Virus record (IMG/VR): IMGVR_UViG_3300023119_000004
Length of the DNA stretch: 64,000 bases
Strand: one strand, 5' to 3'
From: a virus
Lineage: Duplodnaviria; Caudoviricetes
Part shown: piece by piece, positions 1 to 9,649 of the stretch
How the letters are laid out: the number at the start of each line of letters is the position of its first letter
Numbering within the stretch: position 1 is the stretch's first letter
The notes under the pieces: generated by a model
Seen by the model: the letters and a program-made list of their open reading frames with translations, nothing else
What the model was told of the DNA's origin: nothing
Database searches by the model: none
Position numbers and translations under genes: made by a program

Positions 1-137
1 CGCTCGGTAGAGCAATGTGACACAACGCATTTCTGCAACCATGCCTGGGTACCACCCCTAAGCCGTCAAGTTCGACCCTCTGGTAAAGGCCTCTTCCTTG
101 CACTATATACATCGGACCGCTAAATCCTTTGCAACTT

Positions 138-166
138 ATAATACTAATATAACAAATGTTTGTGAA
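138..166 (-). promoter_or_regulatory. sigma70-like promoter (TTCACA-N17-TATTAT) firing leftwards out of the window
   Basis: Minus strand reads TTCACA (166-161), a 17-nt spacer, then TATTAT (143-138), just beyond the capsid terminator. Confidence 0.5.
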
Positions 167-210
167 AAAAGCAAGTAGTAAGTTTACCAAAATATAGAAA
201 TTGGAGTCAT

Positions 211-241
211 AAAAAAAGGGCGAACCTAAGTCCGCCCTTTT
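211..241 (-). terminator. Rho-independent terminator of the major capsid gene
   Basis: Minus strand AAGGGCGGA-CTTAGG-TTCGCCCTT followed by a T run, about 25 nt after the capsid stop. Confidence 0.85.
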
Positions 242-266
242 AATCAGTTTAGTAACTGTCTCTGGC

Positions 267-1433
267 TTACGAGAAAGTAACGTTGCTAATAGCAACTGTA
301 CCTAAGTAGTCTGCCGCATTACCTAGAGATGATGCTGTGTTTGATAACTCAACATAACCGTATCTAGTCATGAACGAAACTACTGGCTCGAATGAAGCCG
401 GATCTAGCACAACACCGCTTGACATTAAAGGAATGTATGGGCAGTAGAATGCTGGAGCATCTGACTCAGATGAACCTTTGTAGCCAACTAGTACTGAAGT
501 ACTGTCGTTTGCATATGAATCAACGTAAATCTTCATAGCACCATTCAAAGTACCAACCATTTTAGTGTTTGTTGGTGCTTCAAAAGTACCTTCAGTTGTT
601 CTTGCGAACGCTGAAGTTGTTGCTGATTGAAGAACAGTTAAAGCGTGTGGTGAAACTACTGCGTAGTTACCAGCGCCTCTACGTGTACGCTGAGCGATAG
701 TGTTAGCAACACGGTTGATCATCACAGCCAAAGCCGCGTGTTCGTCACCTACGAATGTTGCAGTACCTGATACCGCTGTTTGGTCATATGACTGTTGGTT
801 TTGCGTACCAGCCAATGCACGTAATGAAGCAAGAACTTCTTGGTCGATTTCAGCAGTAATTTCTTGTGCTAAAGCCGCCATAATTTCAGCCTCAATATCG
901 ATACCTTGCTGTGCTTGAGCATCTTGAGCCGCTTCAAACGTCCAACGAGCACTCAACTTACGAGTTTTCGCTTCGACAGTTTGTTTCAAGATTTGAATCG
1001 ACATACGCTTACCAGCCGCACCTTCAAGTGCCGCAGTAGCGGAACCTGCTGGAGTAGCATCTGTAGCGTTACCTGAATAGGCCGCCGCGATCTTGAACGG
1101 TGATAATGCTTCTTCACCAACTTCGTTACCATCAGATGAATCTGCGTAACGTACTCTTAATGTGTGGATCTGACCAACTGGACCAGTCATTGGTTGTACA
1201 CCAACCAATTCGTTTGCGATCACAGTAGGCATAACCCTTCTGATTACTGGTAGGATAACTCTGTTTAGAGTTGCGACATTACCGGCACTTGTAGCACCTG
1301 CTGTTGCAGTCTCATTCAACCACTTGCGTGTGTTTTCTAGAGTACTTGCCATTACAGCCTTTTTGTTACCATTTAGGCCTTCTAAAAGTGCAGTTTTGGT
1401 ATCCTGCCAGCGACTTTCTAGTAGTTCTGACAT
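267..1433 (-). CDS. gp23: major capsid protein, T4 gp23-like
   Basis: Motifs VGVQPMTGPVGQIHTLR, VEAKTRKLSARWTFEAAQD, AFYCPYIPL and FMTRYG are typical of T4-superfamily capsid proteins. Last gene of the head operon. Confidence 0.95.
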   Translation of the reverse strand: MSELLESRWQDTKTALLEGLNGNKKAVMASTLENTRKWLNETATAGATSAGNVATLNRVILPVIRRVMPTVIANELVGVQPMTGPVGQIHTLRVRYADSSDGNEVGEEALSPFKIAAAYSGNATDATPAGSATAALEGAAGKRMSIQILKQTVEAKTRKLSARWTFEAAQDAQAQQGIDIEAEIMAALAQEITAEIDQEVLASLRALAGTQNQQSYDQTAVSGTATFVGDEHAALAVMINRVANTIAQRTRRGAGNYAVVSPHALTVLQSATTSAFARTTEGTFEAPTNTKMVGTLNGAMKIYVDSYANDSTSVLVGYKGSSESDAPAFYCPYIPLMSSGVVLDPASFEPVVSFMTRYGYVELSNTASSLGNAADYLGTVAISNVTFS

Positions 1434-1443
1434 TGTTTTCTCC

Positions 1444-2547
1444 TTATTTCAATCCTGCAAGTCTTCGAATGTCAACAATATTATTTGCTACATCTGAACT
1501 TACACTACTAACGTTAGTATTTTCTTTATTGCCTGTAATTTCTTTTGCCTCTGACTCTGTTAATGTCGCCTTCTTCGCTGGCGTTTTACCGTCAATAACT
1601 GCCGGTAAGTACTTATCAAACGCACTTTGCAGTTTGTCTGTTTGTACTGATTCCAGTAAATCTGACATAATTTCACGCTGGTCCTTGCTCAAAGGTCCAG
1701 TTAGTTCGTGCATTACTTCTTTGCGTTTAGCCGCATCAGCAATTTTAGCAATTTCTGCTTCTTTGCTTTCAACGATCTTCTTAACTTCCGCAGATTCTGC
1801 TTTTGCTTCTTCAATTGCCTTGTCTTTCAACTCAACAACTTTCATAAGTTTTGCAGTTTCTGATTTCTCATTCAAGTAACTGTTAGTATACTCCTGAGCA
1901 AATGTTTCGAAAATCTTGCGACCAAAATCGTTTTTACGTGCTGAGTCAATATCTTCTTTCAATTGACCAATCTCTTTCTTAAGTGATTTGCCAACAGTTT
2001 CTGATACCATCTTAGCACTACGCTCAACAAAAGTCTTACGTACTTTTGCTAAGTGTTCCTTAGCCTCACGTACTAAACGTACTTTAGTTTCGGCTAAGTC
2101 TTTTTTATCTTCGTGGAACTCTGCAATTTCTTTTGCTAGAGCCTCTACAACGAAATCTTCAAGTTTGCCAAACTTAGTTGACATTACTTTCTGATCTTCG
2201 TGTAACTCACCCACTTCCTTTTTAAGTTGCTCAAATACAAAACCTTTTAGTTGTTGTGCGTTTTCACGCATAGCAACAGCATATTTTGCTCTTGCTTCTG
2301 CTAATTGTTTTCTATCTTCTGCAAACTCGGAAATTTCTTCGCTTAATTTGTCTGATACAAGTTTATCAACTGCTTCTACCATTTGAGCCTTATCGTGCTC
2401 ATACTTTGAAGCAAACTCTTCGCGAAGTTCAGCAGTTACAGCAAGTTTGTTTTCTTGTACTTGCTTGTCCCATGCTTCTTGGATGGAGGCTTTCACGTCT
2501 TCTGAAATTACATCATTTTCAAAAAGTGATTTTAGTGCTTCCAACAT
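1444..2547 (-). CDS. gp22: prohead scaffold/core protein, gp22-like
   Basis: Lys/Glu-rich coiled coil lying between the protease and capsid genes, the T4-like position for the scaffold. Confidence 0.8.
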   Translation of the reverse strand: MLEALKSLFENDVISEDVKASIQEAWDKQVQENKLAVTAELREEFASKYEHDKAQMVEAVDKLVSDKLSEEISEFAEDRKQLAEARAKYAVAMRENAQQLKGFVFEQLKKEVGELHEDQKVMSTKFGKLEDFVVEALAKEIAEFHEDKKDLAETKVRLVREAKEHLAKVRKTFVERSAKMVSETVGKSLKKEIGQLKEDIDSARKNDFGRKIFETFAQEYTNSYLNEKSETAKLMKVVELKDKAIEEAKAESAEVKKIVESKEAEIAKIADAAKRKEVMHELTGPLSKDQREIMSDLLESVQTDKLQSAFDKYLPAVIDGKTPAKKATLTESEAKEITGNKENTNVSSVSSDVANNIVDIRRLAGLK

Positions 2548-2560
2548 TTGGTTTCTCCTA

Positions 2561-3196
2561 TTACCTGAGTCCTTTGATTATGTTAACCAATGACTCTTTT
2601 AAATACTTTTGCGCCTTGCTATCGCCTTGAACTTCACGTGCTATTTGTAGTGCCTTGTACCCCCCACGGGCATTCATTAATTGCTCATAGATTGGTGTTG
2701 GGTACGCACCTGGAGCACTTGGTTGAGCAACGATATCAACAGTGATAATTTCGTAATCGCTCACTTCGCCGGATCCGTCCTCTCGGACGTTACCAGATCC
2801 CCTTGATGAAACACCTAGTTTAACTCCGCTTTCAAGCATTGTTTGAACTAGTTGTCCCATCGGGGTTGGTAAAATTTTCATTTTTCCGTATCCATTAGGT
2901 CCATCCATCCACATATCAGTAATCATATGGGATACACGGTCTAAGTTAATGTTAAGTCCTTCGGGGTGATCAACTTCTCCAAGAACCGAATATCCGCCGC
3001 TAATCTGATCATTAAGGGTTTGGACAGCCTTCCCAATCTCGGTAACAGGGTAAACACGCTGGTTTGCATTACGCACACCACCTTGAATGCAAATTCCTTT
3101 TAAGAAAAGGTCTTTGCCCCCTTTATCGTTTTCGGAAGTCTCAACGACCATCTTTGCTTGGTCGAATGTTAGGTTCTCTTTAAGTGTAAACACCAT
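2561..3196 (-). CDS. gp21: prohead maturation protease, gp21-like
   Basis: NANQRVYP, LGEVDHP and GVSSRGSG (catalytic His/Ser motifs), plus DIVAQPSAPGA. Confidence 0.93.
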   Translation of the reverse strand: MVFTLKENLTFDQAKMVVETSENDKGGKDLFLKGICIQGGVRNANQRVYPVTEIGKAVQTLNDQISGGYSVLGEVDHPEGLNINLDRVSHMITDMWMDGPNGYGKMKILPTPMGQLVQTMLESGVKLGVSSRGSGNVREDGSGEVSDYEIITVDIVAQPSAPGAYPTPIYEQLMNARGGYKALQIAREVQGDSKAQKYLKESLVNIIKGLR

Positions 3197-3209
3197 CTAT
3201 TTCCTTAAC

Positions 3210-4208
3210 TTACTTGCCTAGTAATGACTTTTTGTCAGTACCAGTTTCGCCTGCGCCTTTTTTCTCAGCGCCATGGCCTTTTGAGTCAGACTTTAATGAC
3301 TTAGAAGCCTTACCGCCTGGAACGTTTACGTTACCTGCGTTATCTTCTTTAGGTGATTTATCAGCAAGACCTGCATCAGATCCACCGCCTTCACCGCCTT
3401 TAGCAATGTTAGCCGCTGTGCCACCCATGTCATTTTTAGACGCAACAGTTGATTTAGTATTAACATTAGATTCTGAATTTGATGGATCAGAAACTTTTTG
3501 TACATACTCTCTCATTAGTTCTGTTTGGTCTTTTGGCATTTCCTTCTTTTCAAAAGCAGGAACTGCTTCTGGCTCAAGAGCGAAGCCTTCATCGGCTTCT
3601 TCGTCACCTTCGTCATCGCCAGCGTCCATATCCATTTCTGGACCTTCTTCGCCGTCGTCATCACCTTTATCTTCATCTGACATCATTGCGTCAAATTCTG
3701 CTTTAAGGTCGTCGAAAGTGTCTTCTAAATCGGCAACTCTGTCTTCTAAATCTTCTGAATCTTCGTCACCGTTATCTTCTTCGTCGTCACCACCTTCGAT
3801 GTCAGCCATCATGTCGTCTGCTGGGTCACCGCCCATATCGTCGTCACCTTCTGGCACTACATCAGTGATGTCTTCTTCAACAGCATCTTCGTCGTCTTTT
3901 GCTTCTGCTTCGTCTGTTTTTTCTTCATCTTCGTCAGTTGCTTCGTCGACTTTGTCTTCGTCATCATCTTTAGATGCTTCGTCAACTTTATCTTCGTCTG
4001 CTGTTTCTTCTTTTTCTTCTACTTTATCGTCAGCGTCTTCTTTTGCAGTTTCTTCAACTTCAACTTCTTCAACGTCTGATTCTAGTAATCCTTCGTAGAT
4101 GTCTCTTGACTTTTCTACTACGATCTCGTGGAACAGGTCTTCTGCACCAGCACGATCGTCAGCGATTAACTTTTCAAGCATCGCTTCAAATTTATTTTGG
4201 TTTGACAT
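3210..4208 (-). CDS. highly acidic prohead core/internal protein
   Basis: Long Asp/Glu-rich middle, helical N-terminus, Gly/Lys/Ser-rich tail. Sits where T4 has gp67/gp68. Good SD (AGGAGG). Confidence 0.6.
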   Translation of the reverse strand: MSNQNKFEAMLEKLIADDRAGAEDLFHEIVVEKSRDIYEGLLESDVEEVEVEETAKEDADDKVEEKEETADEDKVDEASKDDDEDKVDEATDEDEEKTDEAEAKDDEDAVEEDITDVVPEGDDDMGGDPADDMMADIEGGDDEEDNGDEDSEDLEDRVADLEDTFDDLKAEFDAMMSDEDKGDDDGEEGPEMDMDAGDDEGDEEADEGFALEPEAVPAFEKKEMPKDQTELMREYVQKVSDPSNSESNVNTKSTVASKNDMGGTAANIAKGGEGGGSDAGLADKSPKEDNAGNVNVPGGKASKSLKSDSKGHGAEKKGAGETGTDKKSLLGK

Positions 4209-4252
4209 ATTATATCCTCCTGTTGGTTTAGATGTGGTTAGGCTGTCAATAA

Positions 4253-4260
4253 TATTTATA
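4253..4260 (-). promoter_or_regulatory. T4-type late promoter TATAAATA
   Basis: Exact TATAAATA on the minus strand about 45 nt upstream of the prohead core gene. Confidence 0.75.
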
Positions 4261-4310
4261 GTTTATAGGAAAAACACCCTGAAAAGGGTGCAAAAACGGG
4301 CCGTTTTACA

Positions 4311-4910
4311 TTAGGATTTACGAAAACCATGTAAATCCATAAATTCTTCAACGGTTATATGGCTCAAATTGCCCAATTTCTTTAGCGGGTCTGGACAATA
4401 ATCATTTTTATACTCAGTAACACGAATGTACTTTTTTTGCGGATTCTTCTGGATAATTATGCCAGTTTGTCTAGCCCAATTACCATGATACGTTTCAGCA
4501 TCTACGCTTTTTTTATAGTTTTCCGTGTCTGCGTACAAATTATTTATCTTTCCAGCAATACCTCTAAAGTCAAATCCTAAAATATAAATTGTTTCGTTAT
4601 TGTGTCCTTCTCCGTAAGTTGCAAGCCATAATGCTGTAGGTCCACTACTCCATCCTAGTGGTTCTTTAAAGTAATTAAACTTGTGAAATTTATCGTATAG
4701 TTTGTTTGGATTAGTCCAAACCTCGTGTGTAAGTTGATACCCTGAGTTATTAATTTCTTTAACCATCTTGCTATCTACTGCTACTAGATAGTCAGGTTCA
4801 AACGACCTGTAAACAGCGTTACAAGCGTATATCTTACCAAGGTCTTTAAGTTGATTTAGGTCTATTGACTTTCTGCTAGTACCATTACCTAGCACAAATG
4901 CTGTCGACAT
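4311..4910 (-). CDS. hypothetical protein, DUF115/MAF-like nucleotide-sugar transferase-type fold
   Basis: AFVLGNGTS, YACNAVYR, PDYLVAVD, SSGPTA and IYILGFD match the pattern of DUF115/GT29-like Rossmann domains (recognised by eye). Confidence 0.45.
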   Translation of the reverse strand: MSTAFVLGNGTSRKSIDLNQLKDLGKIYACNAVYRSFEPDYLVAVDSKMVKEINNSGYQLTHEVWTNPNKLYDKFHKFNYFKEPLGWSSGPTALWLATYGEGHNNETIYILGFDFRGIAGKINNLYADTENYKKSVDAETYHGNWARQTGIIIQKNPQKKYIRVTEYKNDYCPDPLKKLGNLSHITVEEFMDLHGFRKS

Positions 4911-4912
4911 TA

Positions 4913-5158
4913 CTAAACACCTGCTTCTGCATTAGCGGCGATTCCGTACATTTGGCGTACGAAATGCAATTCCTTTTCTTGCTCCTCTTTATGCATATCA
5001 GATGCTCGTCTCATTTTATTAATTTGACGTAGCGTTAGTCGTGTTTTACGTGTGTCGTCTTTGGTCACAATAGAATCGTCATATGCTGGATCATATGCAT
5101 CATTCTCTGCAGGTTGCAAAGTTTCTTTGTCGAAATAAAAGATCTCACGTAGTATCAT
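4913..5158 (-). CDS. small hypothetical head-module protein
   Basis: Fills the gap between the portal gene and the next gene. ATAAATA motif at 5164-5170 just upstream. Confidence 0.65.
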   Translation of the reverse strand: MILREIFYFDKETLQPAENDAYDPAYDDSIVTKDDTRKTRLTLRQINKMRRASDMHKEEQEKELHFVRQMYGIAANAEAGV

Positions 5159-5173
5159 ACTATTATTTATTCC

Positions 5174-6919
5174 TTATTGTGCTGGAGGAGGAGTTCCGCC
5201 GCCTGTTGCTGTATCTGGTGGAGGTGCATTACCTCCGTCAACTGGTGCCGCGCCACCTTCGCCCTCTGGTGCTGTATCTTCTAGGCCGCCTTCACCGCCT
5301 AGGTCTGCTCCAATACCTGCTCCGCTAATTCCTGCGCCTCTAAGTTCGCCACTTGCGTCTGTTGGTATTGGTTGAATTGTTTCGTCGTTTTCTTCACGCC
5401 ATAATCTTTCGTTTTCTGCAACTTCTTCTGCACTTAGTCCTAAGAATCTACTTAGTGCAAATCTATTTGCAACATAAGGTATACCCGCCATCTGTGTAAA
5501 TGTTCCAACTCTAGCATTATCAAGTTCTGACTGTCTGTAACTTGCAAAGTTTTGTGGTGGATTCATTTTAAGATCAAACATTGCTGTATCAATGTTTACA
5601 CCTTTTTCTAATAGATAGCGTTTAAACTCTTGATTAAACTCTTCTGAAACAAGACCTTGTAGTCTTTCACAGTATGTATTAAAACGTAATTCTTGAATAT
5701 AAGCAGTACCTACTCTACCATCTTGGAACTGTGATGCTCCGTCATCTGGTCCTGTTGGTAAGTATGAACTTGGAATACGTAAACCTCTAACAAGTTTATT
5801 AGTAAAGTATTTTAGATCGTCAATTTCGCCTAGGTTAGTACCGCCTGGTAGTGTTTCAACTTTTGATCCTCTACCTTCTGCTGTTTGTGGAAAGAAGTAA
5901 TCTTCATTAATTGATAAAGGATTGTATGCACTATCAATAACATTTTGTCCACCACCTGTTTGAGATGGAATACGTCTTTGGTGTATGTCTGTTTTAACAC
6001 GCTCAACAAATTGCATTGCCAAGTGTGATGGCATATTACCTACGTCTACATAAAACACTCTACGTTCAGGTGCTCTTTGTACCCTGTAAATAATGATAGC
6101 GTCTTCTAATAATTCTTTTTGTTTGTAAACTTTAAAAATACTTTCAAGTAATGAATTACCAAATGGGAAGTTATTGTCTAATCCTTCTGACAATGACAAG
6201 TGTACAACGTGTTCAGCATCAATAGCAACTTCCTTCATGTCTTTTTGGAATCTGCCACCTGCTTGTGTTTGACTCGGTGCGCCTACCATTCCACGAGCAC
6301 CGCCTGTCATATATCCGTCTCCGCCACCTGTAACATTTCCGTTTGTTTGATGTGGAGTAGTAGCAATACCATTAACAAAGTTTAAGTTAATGTTTCTAAC
6401 AATGTACTGCTCGGGCTCTTTGCCTTGGCTTTCGTTTACAATAATTTTAGTTACGTTTGCTGGGTCAACATAAAACCATTTTTTAGTTTCTGGGTCTCTA
6501 ATAAAAAATGCATCGCCGTATTTGAAAACATTACGTAAAATACGAAACATTTTTGTTTCAAAGTTTTGTAGTTTTGACCACTGTTTTAAATATAATTTAA
6601 GCGTCTGTACTTCTGTACTAGTTGCAGTATTATTAAACTGTAAACTAAAGTTAGTTTCGTTTGTTTTATTTGTTTGTGTACAAAATTCTGCTAAAATATC
6701 AAGTGCGGCATTAACTTCACTATCCATATCCATAGTGTTGTATTGTCCGTAACGCTCTACACGATTTGGAGAACCTACGTAAACGTCTGGAAGATATGAT
6801 GAATAGTTTGCCTGTGCAGGTCCAAGACCTTGGCTATTATTCATTCCCCCTAAAGGACTAAAATTTCCATTTTGTGCTTTATCACCTTCAACTGGTGTAA
6901 AGTATCTTTTCCAACTCAT
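5174..6919 (-). CDS. gp20: portal vertex protein, gp20-like
   Basis: LLEDAIIIYRVQRAPERRVFYVDVGNMP, EDYFFP..EGRGSKVETLPGG and LRIPSSYL are hallmark gp20 motifs. Confidence 0.95.
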   Translation of the reverse strand: MSWKRYFTPVEGDKAQNGNFSPLGGMNNSQGLGPAQANYSSYLPDVYVGSPNRVERYGQYNTMDMDSEVNAALDILAEFCTQTNKTNETNFSLQFNNTATSTEVQTLKLYLKQWSKLQNFETKMFRILRNVFKYGDAFFIRDPETKKWFYVDPANVTKIIVNESQGKEPEQYIVRNINLNFVNGIATTPHQTNGNVTGGGDGYMTGGARGMVGAPSQTQAGGRFQKDMKEVAIDAEHVVHLSLSEGLDNNFPFGNSLLESIFKVYKQKELLEDAIIIYRVQRAPERRVFYVDVGNMPSHLAMQFVERVKTDIHQRRIPSQTGGGQNVIDSAYNPLSINEDYFFPQTAEGRGSKVETLPGGTNLGEIDDLKYFTNKLVRGLRIPSSYLPTGPDDGASQFQDGRVGTAYIQELRFNTYCERLQGLVSEEFNQEFKRYLLEKGVNIDTAMFDLKMNPPQNFASYRQSELDNARVGTFTQMAGIPYVANRFALSRFLGLSAEEVAENERLWREENDETIQPIPTDASGELRGAGISGAGIGADLGGEGGLEDTAPEGEGGAAPVDGGNAPPPDTATGGGTPPPAQ

Positions 6920-6927
6920 TTGTTCTC

Positions 6928-9576
6928 CTACATACCAAAGCCATTCTCACGAATGCCTTTAGTTTGTTTTTTAAGTTCTTCTAACATCATAGCGTTTAAA
7001 CTATTTAAGCGATCTAATTTCGCTTCTGCGCCGTTCTGGCCTTCAGTTGACACATTAATCATTTTTTCAATACTTGCTTTAGTATCTGCATCCATTTTAG
7101 AATAAGCCGCTTGGTAATTTCCAATTTCTTTTGTTAATTCTTTTAAACTGTCAGCAACTTCATCTAAATCGGCTTTGTCCATTGCTTCCATAAACTTAGC
7201 AATACCTTGTAATCCATTACCAATTTTTTCTAATCCAGCGGCATCAATATCAGCAAAACTCTTTAATCCTTCTGCTAGGTCATCAAAGTTGCCGTCATTT
7301 CCAAATAGACTTCCTAAGAACTTACCAAAACTATCCATTACACCGTCACCAGTGAATGCACTAATACCTTTGTGTAAACTTGCAAGTGCTGGACCAATCA
7401 ATTGCATTTGTTGTGGATTTAAATCTTCAAACGATTTTAATCCTGCGGATAGTTTTTCAAATGCGCCTTCACCGATGAAACTAGCAACAATACCGCCTTT
7501 GGCTAACTGCATCATGTTATCAGTTAAAGGTCCTAATGCTTTACCAACATCGCCTAACTTTTTAGAATCCATGTTTTCAAACTTGATAACACCGTCTGCG
7601 AGTTTTCCAACACCTGTAGTAATTGCTTCGATTAACGCGGCAATACCAAATCCTGCAACACCTATTCCTGTAAACGCGGCCGCAACTAATAATAGTCCTG
7701 GACTTGCTAATGAACCTGCGGCACCTACTGCAATAACTGCCGCCGAAACTACTCCAAGTCCGATTGCCATTTCTTTAAATCCAATGTCTGGTATTAGAGA
7801 TCCTAGTAAGCCTCCGCTGTCTCCTTCTTTGTCTGCTTCTGCTAGTAACTTTTCTTTTTCAGCAATTAATTTTTTACCTTCATCAGTACCGGCGCCACCA
7901 GCCGCCGCAATTTTTTTATCATATTCTGTGTTGACTGCGGCTTTTTTATCTACGGCTTTTTCACCAAACACCATTGCTTTTAAAGGTTTGATAAGATATT
8001 TGTCAATTAGTTCACTAAACTTCATAGTTTTAAAGTCTGCAATAAATCCTTCTAAGAAATTACTAACACCGTCAAACATCTCTTTCATTTTCTTGGTGCC
8101 TTCGGGACTTGAAAGCCAAATAGTAAGTTTATTAAACTCTTTCATAACGCCTTCAAATACGCCTGAATCTAATATCTTACCAACAATGATGTTACGTAGT
8201 TTAGTAATTGCACTTTCGAAGTTTAGTATACCTTTTCTACCGTTTTCTTGTGCTTTTGCTTGTGCGTCAACAGCGTCTGCAACATTACCGGAAACAAATC
8301 CTAAACTCATTAATTCTGAGTTAGCATCGTAAGCGGTTGAGCCTAATGCACTTAATGTTGCAATCATTCCGCCTTCTGCTTTTGCTCTTGCCGCGGCTTT
8401 TTGTTGTGCTTCTTTTAATGCTTCAACAAATTGATCTTGTGTTACAGTACCGTTTTTAAGACCTCTAGCCATTTCAAGAATTTCTGGATTTGTTCTGCCT
8501 AAGGACTTGGCAAAGTCACTGATAGGTACGCCGCCTGTTGCAACTAATTCTGTAATTGCTTCTTTCATTTGCGGTGAAGCGTTACCTACAACTGCTAACA
8601 CACCTTGAACTTGTTTCTTAGTGCCTTCTTCCATTGAAGCAAATAAGTTTTTAAGTCTTTTGTCTGTCGATTGTTGTTTTAATTCTTCTGCCGCTTGTTT
8701 TCTACTCATACCAGTAATTTTAGATAACTGGTCAAGTTGCATAATATATTCGTTTGTTCCCTTGGCAAGTTGACGATCACTCATCTGCGTAACTCTACCT
8801 TGGATCTTTTGCATTTCAATGTAATCAGCAGTAAACTCTGTTACGTCTTGCATTGTCATACCAAGTGCTGAAAATGTTCCTTGGTTCTTTTGAATTTCTC
8901 TTGTGATATTTGTAAATCTTGTTGCACCTGCACTTGCACCGCCAAATGCTGTAGCCAACATTGATGAATTTTCTGCTAGTGTGCCTGCAAGTGTTTCCAT
9001 GCTTATACCTGCTTCTGCCGCTTTACGTCTTATTTCAAATAGGTCGCCACCAAAATCAATACCTGCATTTGATAATTCTCTAAAAGTATCAACTTGTCCT
9101 TCAATAATGTTAACAAAGGTCTGTGCCGCTCCGCCTAATAATCCTCCAACAAGTGGAATCTTACTTGCAAGTCCCGTAACGTGTTTACTAAAGTCTGATA
9201 GTCTATCGCCACCTGCTAATACTTCAATAGCCAAATCACCTGTGGCTTTTACTGCATTTCCAAGTCCACTAACAAGTCCAAAAGTGTACTTGTCAACGGC
9301 TTTTGTCATATCTTTGAGTTTATCTGTGGCTTTTTTGACTGCTCCGGTATTCTCTTGACGTGTTTTTGTGCCTTCTTTTATAGCATCTGTTGATTTTTGC
9401 TGGCCTAAAATACCTGCTTGTTGTGCTTTATTGAACTGTTCTTGTATTTTTCCACCAGTTCCTCCGCCTTTTCCGCCAGATTCTAGTGCTTTTAATACAC
9501 GTAATAAGGTGGCTTCTGATGCGGCATTACTAGTAACACCATCCATTCCTCCACCACGATAATTGACTTCAACCAT
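6928..9576 (-). CDS. tape measure protein
   Basis: 882 aa, helical, Ala/Gly/Lys-rich, with a long hydrophobic segment (MAIGLGVVSAAVIAVGAAG...). Adjacent and divergent to the chaperone pair. Confidence 0.7.
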   Translation of the reverse strand: MVEVNYRGGGMDGVTSNAASEATLLRVLKALESGGKGGGTGGKIQEQFNKAQQAGILGQQKSTDAIKEGTKTRQENTGAVKKATDKLKDMTKAVDKYTFGLVSGLGNAVKATGDLAIEVLAGGDRLSDFSKHVTGLASKIPLVGGLLGGAAQTFVNIIEGQVDTFRELSNAGIDFGGDLFEIRRKAAEAGISMETLAGTLAENSSMLATAFGGASAGATRFTNITREIQKNQGTFSALGMTMQDVTEFTADYIEMQKIQGRVTQMSDRQLAKGTNEYIMQLDQLSKITGMSRKQAAEELKQQSTDKRLKNLFASMEEGTKKQVQGVLAVVGNASPQMKEAITELVATGGVPISDFAKSLGRTNPEILEMARGLKNGTVTQDQFVEALKEAQQKAAARAKAEGGMIATLSALGSTAYDANSELMSLGFVSGNVADAVDAQAKAQENGRKGILNFESAITKLRNIIVGKILDSGVFEGVMKEFNKLTIWLSSPEGTKKMKEMFDGVSNFLEGFIADFKTMKFSELIDKYLIKPLKAMVFGEKAVDKKAAVNTEYDKKIAAAGGAGTDEGKKLIAEKEKLLAEADKEGDSGGLLGSLIPDIGFKEMAIGLGVVSAAVIAVGAAGSLASPGLLLVAAAFTGIGVAGFGIAALIEAITTGVGKLADGVIKFENMDSKKLGDVGKALGPLTDNMMQLAKGGIVASFIGEGAFEKLSAGLKSFEDLNPQQMQLIGPALASLHKGISAFTGDGVMDSFGKFLGSLFGNDGNFDDLAEGLKSFADIDAAGLEKIGNGLQGIAKFMEAMDKADLDEVADSLKELTKEIGNYQAAYSKMDADTKASIEKMINVSTEGQNGAEAKLDRLNSLNAMMLEELKKQTKGIRENGFGM

Positions 9577-9604
9577 TTATTATATACCCAGTTAACTCAG
9601 ATTC

Positions 9605-9636
9605 ATAAATATGTTATATGAACATATATTATTTAT
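9605..9636. promoter_or_regulatory. face-to-face pair of late promoters (ATAAATA on each strand)
   Basis: ATAAATA at 9605-9611 (+, toward the chaperone gene) and at 9630-9636 (-, toward the tape measure gene). Confidence 0.6.
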
Positions 9637-9649
9637 CCGGAGAAAAACC

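Noticed and set aside
66-82. GTTCGAC T-loop-like sequence
   Set aside because: The flanks do not form a T-stem or cloverleaf, so it is not a tRNA.
3214-4098. 294-aa Ser-rich + strand ORF
   Set aside because: It is the antisense shadow of the Asp/Glu-rich core gene (GAA/GAT read as TTC/ATC/TCN) and has no SD.
7175-9358. 385-aa and 151-aa + strand ORFs
   Set aside because: They are antisense shadows of the tape measure gene. The other short nested ORFs in the track are rejected for the same reason.
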